Positions 56,505 to 64,000 of a stretch of DNA of 64,000 bases are shown here, piece after piece (the first letter of the stretch is position 1; every line of letters begins with the position of its first letter). The stretch lies in contig JAQGDQ010000431.1 of NCBI GenBank assembly GCA_030141605.1, positions 1-64,000 of the forward strand. The letters are read 5' to 3'. The DNA is from Tubiluchus corallicola (taxonomy: Eukaryota > Animalia > Priapulida). Below the pieces are notes generated by a model that saw only the letters and a list, made by a program, of their open reading frames with translations, was not told the DNA's origin and did no database searches. Made by a program: the position numbers and the translations under genes.

Positions 56505-56768
56505 TGTTTTCTATATGCTGTTTTGTTTTTATTTATGATTATGTGTAACTTACTTTAGAATTGGTAATTATGTTTATTATAATTGTACTCGTTGTTCTGT
56601 ATGTCTATTGTATATGATCGTTGTCTTTCATTGTGTCTCATGCGTTGGATTCTAAATTATATATATAAAAACATGTTTAATACTTTGTAAATGTGTTTAC
56701 AAATTTAAAATGCAAATAGAGGGAATGTATATTGTACATAGTTGTTTAAAATAAATAATAATAATAAT

Positions 56769-56805
<37 letters not shown>

Positions 56806-57105
56806 GCAACAACAACAATAATAATAATAATAATAATAATATGTGTTTTCTATATGCTGTTTTGTTTTTATTTATGATTATGTGTAACTTACTAGAATTG
56901 GTAATTATGTTTATTATAATTGTACTCGTTGTTCTGTATGTCTATTGTATATGATCGTTGTCTTTCATTGTGTCTCATGCGTTGGATTCTAAATTATATA
57001 TATAAAAACATGTTTAATACTTTGTAAATGTGTTTACAAATTTAAAATGCAAATAGAGGGAATGTATATTGTACATAGTTGTTTAAAATAAATAATAATA
57101 ATAAT

Positions 57106-57142
<37 letters not shown>

Positions 57143-57430
57143 GCAACAACAACAATAATAATAATAATAATAATAATAATATGTGTTTTCTATATGCTGT
57201 TTTGTTTTTATTTATGATTATGTGTAACTTACTAGAATTGGTAATTATGTTTATTATAATTGTACTCGTTGTTCTGTATGTCTATTGTATATGATCGTTG
57301 TCTTTCATTGTGTCTCATGCGTTGGATTCTAAATTATATATATAAAAATATGTTTAATACTTTGTAAATGTGTTTACAAATTTAAAATGCAAATAGAGGG
57401 AATGTATATTGTACATAGTTTTTTAAAATA

Positions 57431-57507
<77 letters not shown>

Positions 57508-57509
57508 TG

Positions 57510-57550
<41 letters not shown>
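56505..57550. repeat. ~338-bp tandem triplication, each unit ending in an AAT/AAC (third unit AAT/GAC) microsatellite
   Basis: GTGTTTTCTATATGCTGTTTTG starts at about 56505, 56843 and 57183. Confidence 0.95.
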
Positions 57551-57551
<1 letters not shown>

Positions 57552-60214
57552 GTAACAGACAGTAACAGTAATAGCAGTAAATGAACTGAGACGTATTATG
57601 ATTCATTGTGAATAAACATATTTCTGTTATTAAGAAATAAAGATTACTGAACATTATTGTATATTATATTCTTCGTGCCTTTGTACAGGCGAGAGAGGTG
57701 GCCCAGAATTTGTGTTGCTCAGGCACATAAAAATTCTTTCGGCGTCCCAGGGGCAACCTCCATTCCAGTAACTAATGACACAAAACGCGATTGTTTATTG
57801 ATGATTATCTCTTGTTGACTGATTGAATAAACAAATTCGACGCGAAACTATGGTCGAAGGACTCACTGAACTGGAGATGGCTCCATCTATTGTGAATTAG
57901 AGGAGTTTTAGGCTGTAGAGCCCCACTCGAAAATGATTATCGACGCCATTTTTAGTAGAAAATGGCGAATCAAAGGTCTGAGTTCATCAGTCAAAACAGA
58001 TTTCGTTCCAGTATTTTCCTGTAAAGTTTCATGACCATCCATTACGAAATTTCAGATAAAGATGATGATTAATCTTTTGTTTTTGTACCTGTTTACGCAA
58101 ATAGACCTCTAGCTGCAGGCAGATCTTAAGTTAATTGCAAACACCCACACAAACACATACTAACTTGATCTAGTGGCTGCTTTAAAACATCATAATTATT
58201 ATAGCATCAGATTTTAGAATATTGTTATTGGTCAACTAAGTAGTATTATAGGTAACACAGTAGTTTTAAATAAGTTCATTATGGTGGGGAGCCTTAATCC
58301 ATTTACAACGTCTTAAACTTTTTTCAACAATGCTGTTATTGCCGCCATCTTGAATCCAAAATGGCTAGTCGAAAATTCGACTCCATTAATCGATGTAGAA
58401 TTCATGTGAACGTTCGTGACGATCCACTGCGAATTCACTGAGCCTTAAGCTACGAATCCAAGTGCGCATAACAAAAATGTAAAGAATCAAAAACAAACAA
58501 TCAAACAAACAAAAACAAGAAAGAAATGATGTGGCAGAGGCTGAACCGACGATCAATCAATGATATTAGCTATACCACGTTATACAGGTTGGCCCTTTAA
58601 AACATTACAATAGTTTCTCAGTGTTTCTTTATTGAATAATTAGGCTACAGATACATTCATTGTTTCCTATATAAACTTTCTTGGGCAATAACTGAAGCCC
58701 TAATGCAAACAAAGATGATAAGACGTGTTTATTTTCACGGAAGCTGAAGTAATAAGACCATACCTTTTCAGCATGGTGTCTAATTAAACTTGCATGTAGA
58801 CAGGATATATTACAGAAATAGCAGCTTTCTTCTGAAATGTACGTGTTTGTAGGTAAGGCTTGATGTACATGAGCTGTGCTTCTTCTATAGATAATGTAAT
58901 TACAGTTACATTAGTTGCATGTTGTCGGTAAAGCTATAAGCTGCATAAATTGCACACAGGTGCATCTACACCTGACTGTGAGTAAGCTATTCTTGGAACA
59001 GAGAACTTGTCAGGATATCGTAGTACATTAAGACGTCCTACAGAAGTGTGAGACGTTTCTAATGTGCAAAATATCAAAGCGGCGTCACTATTAACCAATA
59101 GCTATAGCCTAGGGCGCCAACGTTTCAGGGGCGTCACATTTTGGAAAAATTCTTATTCCCCCCCCACCCCACCCCCCGGAAAATGTGTATACTTTATATT
59201 TATGAAGAAAAACAAGAAGAAAATAGTAAGTGCAGAAATTTAGCGATAATACAAAACGTTGGTAATGCCACACCTTGTATGACTCTTTTCAATATAGGGT
59301 ACTTTAAGGAGTATTATTTTCATCAACACGTCAAAAATTAATGTAATCAAAGTAAATCTTATAATTAATTTCGACGGTATACGGTTTAATATATTTATTA
59401 TAATGAAACTCAAGGCTACAGCTCCAACGACGGCACCATTCTCGGCGATCTGTAGGCCCTATATCAAACGAAAGGTCTCGATCTAGGGCGTCTATTTGAC
59501 GGTTTATTCTAGTGTCGACTATTTGACCAGGAGGAACGGGGGCAAAACCCTCCTAAATGGCCCTTTTTGGCCGTTTTTTCGCAAAACTTATACCTCCTAT
59601 TTCTAGCGAATTAATAAAATGAAATCACACAGCGATCCTGTAAACAGTATGTATTTTAAAATAAACTTCTGCGGGCACTTTAAATACACACATTATTATG
59701 TGTTCCTTTTACTTTGAGGCTTAATATGTTATAATATAATACCATAATAGTAATTAGGTAATATGTAAAAGCCTCCCTATAAATAGAGGGAATTGTATAC
59801 ATGTACATTTATATAATAAAAATAGTTATCATAATAATAACTTGAGGCTTGAGTCATCACTGTTGTTGTGACGCACAGAATCGACAATTTAACAGAAAAC
59901 GTAGCGCCATCTGTTGTACTAAGAAACAGCAAAGCAAAATTTATCAATAAAAAGGCACAATTTTATACACACAGATAGCTGATGCGAACCGTGACGACCA
60001 TATTGGTGGCAGTAGCCTCAAAATGAAAAACTGAACATTTCTCAATTGTATAAAAGGCCATAAAAATTGTTTCAAAATAGTGCAAGTGAATTACATCAAA
60101 AGGCATTCGAATTAATTTTATTGCAGAAAGTTTATCTATGTACCCTAATAAGCCTTCTCTTCATGTACAAAGCAATTCAATTCTTTTAACTTTATTTTCA
60201 AATTTCAAACGCTT

Positions 60215-60600
60215 TGTTACTGCATCAACTTCTTTTCTTCAGGTCTGCTTAATCATTACCTATTTGTCTTTTGTTAAAACATAATTAGTACAGAGTTTAC
60301 TGTATCAATTTCTTTTCCACTGGCTTGCTTAATCATTACCTACTTGGCTTTTCGTAAATACATAATTAGTGCCTAAGTTACTGCATCAATTTGTTTACTA
60401 CTGATCTGTTATTATCTATTTGGTTTCTGTTAACTACTTAATTAGTAGTGCATAATAGGTTCTGCCTACATAAACTGGTTGTATGTTTATTAATTTACCA
60501 CTGATGATGACAGCAGTCAAAACATTTGGCATGATTTTAACTTTTTAATGTAAAAGTTTTTATTAAATGTGCGTTTTTAATAGTGTTTTAACTATAAACA
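60215..60600 (+). mobile_element. Penelope-type pLTR-like remnant with a hammerhead-like core
   Basis: CCA-CTGATGA-T-GAC-AGCA-GTC-AAAA-CATT-TGG at 60498-60529; homologous to 36995-37345. Confidence 0.6.
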
Positions 60601-60982
60601 TTACAATTATGGCTTTTAAACCAACGTAAAAGTTGCATGACTGAGATTTATCATCTTCCACAATTTTTATTCAAAATCAGTTTTGAGATTTATGGAATTT
60701 TTTGTGCGAGATGCAAATTTTACAAGAAACTGGTAACAGAGCAGTTGATTAAAACTGAAAACAATTAAAATTCATGTGAAATCTTTCTACAAGGTTTATT
60801 GTGAATTCAACTAACGTAGCCATAATACAAGTAACAAGTTAACAACAGTCAAATGAGAAAGTAAACTAAGGTGTACTTACAGAGAAAAATAAGACAACTT
60901 ATAAATATTAAATAATAATATAAATATATTAAAAGAAAATCATTGTAAACATAGATCTTGTAAAAACACAATGAAGCTAAGC

Positions 60983-61339
60983 AATGTCTTTTCACAGTTC
61001 CAGCGATTGATGACGATCGTGAAAAGGTCAAAGGTTAAGTGTACCTGGCAACACATTTGTGTACACTTGAAAACATCTCGCAGTCCATGCTGTTGTAATA
61101 GTAACAGTTTCAACAGCTAACTAGAACCTTACCTAGTTCATTTTTTCTTGTTCTCAAGCAAGATCCTGCTGGTAAATCACCCTATGCACAGACTAATGCA
61201 TAATTCAAGTGAAGTTACAGAATTAACGTTATCCACATGTCACATGACGATTGCAGTTAAGACGCGCTGTTCTGGTACACTTAACCTTTGACCTACAGCA
61301 ACTGGGCTCGCGCACAACGAAACAATAAAAAGGGTTACT
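60983..61339 (-). mobile_element. MITE family A
   Basis: Reverse complement of 29435-29803 with degenerate TIRs. Confidence 0.85.
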
Positions 61340-62458
61340 GGAATGCAATAATATCTTTGGTACAATTTCTGACCAGAAAACGACACATTCGTTCAAGTTT
61401 TGTGAACAAATAACTGAGATCATAAAGAAAAAATGAATTACAGATCCTACATTCATAATAAAAGTTGCTGTTCAGTTGCTATATTACAAAGCAACACTCC
61501 ACCTTGGATGTTGCTTTAAATCAATTTTATAAAACACAATTATACATTAAGAGTAAGCCGACCCGGAGAGACAGTTTTCCAAGGTTGTTTGAGATTGGTA
61601 AAACCCTGGAGATAAGAGAAAGCTAAGAAGAGAAAAATAAAGTCTGGTTTACATACCAGTACTGCCACCGCATGTCAGTGGACACAGTACACATTTTTAC
61701 CGGTGAAAGTACAAGTATTATCTGTAACATGCATTACCACAGAATTAAATGCTACAAATTCTGAAAGGCAGAAACATTTCTTATACATTTGTGCATGAAA
61801 CATACAAAATGGACAGCGAGGCGACACCGGTTTAGAAAATACTGATTCGGCTCAAATACGTGTGGATATAACTTTTGTAAGACAGACTAAGTTTACATAA
61901 GTCTGTAATTATCACCTAAATTCTGTAGTATCTCTACTTTCAAGAGCAGTATGCAAAGCAAGCAACTAAGCAGTGGTCAAGAGTGAGAACGTGATGGTGT
62001 AATGGATTATGTACAGAAAAAGTCACTATCCTTGTTTATTATTTCTACATATTCACTATATCAATAATAACATATTCATATTACCAGCAGGGAATTGTCA
62101 TTATGGATACAAGAAGTTTGTTATTACTACCTGGTAATTGGCAAATGATAATGTGCAAAGAATTAATACATGTGCTACTTAAAGGAAAGGCCAAGCCTTC
62201 TGGGAAGTCAGGCTTATTTCAACGTTCGCGAAAAATGTTAGAAGGATTTAGTAATAAAATTGCAATAAGCGCCTCGTGTAACTAGTACAATCACTTTAAA
62301 GTCGTGATCACTTCATGCTTGGGCGCTCCCACTACCTAGGGCCTAATCCCTGATCTTATACACTTTCCAATCCCAGGAGTTGTGCACTGAAATCTGCAAA
62401 ACCTTTTGGAAAGCTGGGATAGAATAACATGGATCCCTCATATAAAAAAAACTTACTA

Positions 62459-62904
62459 CAGTCGATCCTCGTTAAACTGGACCCCATTAGCCCGGATATC
62501 GGATAAGACGGATTCCATCCGTGGTAAAGGAAACTGACCGATTTCTGACTGAGAGCGCTAAACACAACACGGCCTACCAACTCACCACGAGCCATTGACG
62601 GGGCGAAGCAGCTCGCGGTGCCGCCCAGGCTGCTACGATTCCCGCCAAAATTCAGTTTGCTTACCCCATTGAATACGTATACTGTACTATTTTATTATCT
62701 AAACTGTACAATAATTTCTTTATCCTCATGGGTTAACTGTTTTAAAGTAATATACAGTATAGTATATTGTGCAATGTATATAGGCCTTATTAAAGTGATT
62801 ATTCCTGTATAATATAGACCATATATAGGCATATCGGATAAATCGGACAATCGGCTAAACCGGACCCCCCCTCCCAATTAGTCTGGTTTAACGAGGGTTG
62901 ACTG
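62459..62904. mobile_element. Tc1/mariner-pogo (Tigger-like) MITE
   Basis: TA|CAGTCGATCCTCGTTAAACTGGAC ... GTCTGGTTTAACGAGGGTTGACTG|TA: imperfect 24-bp TIR with a TA TSD and CGGATAA subterminal repeats. Confidence 0.88.
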
Positions 62905-63128
62905 TATTTATAACATTACATTATACTCCTAATATTTAACTATATCAAGCCTAATTTGCATGCAATATAATTATAACATATAGGTAAAAACAATTTCGAA
63001 TTTTTATGTTCTCTTTCCGATGAGCTTTTGATTCATATTCCTGTATCATGAATTAAGGTTGCTCCTGAAATATTACAATGAAAATGAATCAAAGTATTGA
63101 TGCTAATAGGTCTAATCTTGCAGACTGG

Positions 63129-63689
63129 TTAAGGGAAAACCAGATGACTGATTAGACTCAATCTCATTTTAATTTACTGTCCAAAATATATTTTTTCTTG
63201 CCTGTAAAAGTTAGCAATTTTTTCTAATATTTGAATAATTACCTTGGAAAGTTAATTAATGGCAACCAAATACAGCTATCACTTACATCACGACGAACTA
63301 ACCACAGTTTGTGCAATCGTACGGACCTTCCCTGCGTGTCAAGAACATTTGCGTAAGCTAAGATTTCTATAAGATCCCAATATGACGTCACGAAAATGAG
63401 CTCTATGTCGCACTGTCGTCACAGATGGACACGGCAGTTCACGATCATACTTATCACGGTACAGCGACTATTTTTTGGTCACACTAATGTTAAAAAATGG
63501 TGCCATTGCCGGTCTTAGTGGATTCGCTGAGCAGCGCGTAGCTTTGAAAGTTTAACAAAATTTAACTACCCGAGGTAGTTATTATTTCACCTAAGCTTTG
63601 ACTTAAAAAAACGCTGTTGTAGTTTTCAATGTTTTAGAGCATACTTTATCTTGAGCTGATGTCTACACAATCATCCAGTTTTCCTTTAA
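63129..63689 (+). mobile_element. MITE family B3, complete
   Basis: TTAA|GGGAAAACCAGATGA ... TCATCCAGTTTTCCT|TTAA. Confidence 0.88.
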
Positions 63690-63824
63690 AACTGAGTACA
63701 GTCAGGACAGTATAAGTTGGTCTAGAGAGAGTTTAATTCCCACTGCCTTTTAAATGAAAAGGCTAGGAACCAAATACAGACTACAGCGTGAAAATGGCAG
63801 AAATGTAATTGAAGCCTGTTGGTA

Positions 63825-63998
63825 TCACATCCAGTATTCCATGACTTTGCGAATTTGCTCGCGCTGTGCTGGCTCCATCTGTCCCAAGGAAAACTCAAAC
63901 TCGTCGCTGCAGCACTCTTTAAGCTTGCCTAGAAACTCAGAAAACAGCTGCATAAGAGTGGCTTCATCATCAGAGTCACTCCACGAATCCCAATCTGA
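63825..63998 (-). CDS. Probable last coding exon of an unidentified host gene, open to the window edge
   Basis: Open frame SDWDSWSDSDDEATLMQLFSEFLGKLKECCSDEFEFSLGQMEPAQREQIRKVMEYWM*. GC content and complexity are higher than in the flanks, and the acidic-then-helical composition is protein-like. It is too short for the ORF track. Confidence 0.6.
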   Translation of the reverse strand, partial: SDWDSWSDSDDEATLMQLFSEFLGKLKECCSDEFEFSLGQMEPAQREQIRKVMEYWM

Positions 63999-64000
63999 AT

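Overview
AT-rich, repeat-dense animal DNA, most consistent with an invertebrate bilaterian. It is not prokaryotic, and I see no CRISPR array, operon or phage system. Almost all long ORFs in the supplied track are microsatellite or minisatellite artefacts. Supportable host coding sequence: the first coding exon of a minus-strand class A neuropeptide GPCR of the PRXamide/capa/pyrokinin/neuromedin-U receptor group (36480-36783), and a probable last coding exon of another minus-strand gene at the right edge (63825-63998). The rest is transposon- and repeat-derived: at least four TTAA-flanked Kolobok/T2-type MITE families, a ~370-bp MITE family with AATAAGCCTTTTCACAG ends, hAT MITEs and transposase remnants, a Tigger/pogo-type MITE, tRNA-V and 5S-like SINEs, LINE fragments, Penelope-type pLTR remnants with degenerate hammerhead ribozyme cores, and minisatellites of 18, 28, 38, 45, 138 and ~338 bp. 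The most striking structure is a palindrome of at least 6.75 kb at the window start. Its near-identical ~1.9-kb arms enclose (CT)n/(GA)n tracts and an almost uninterrupted LINE endonuclease ORF; it may be real or an assembly/foldback artefact. I cannot claim a confirmed new biological system. All comparisons were made by eye, so boundaries are approximate unless exact motifs are quoted.
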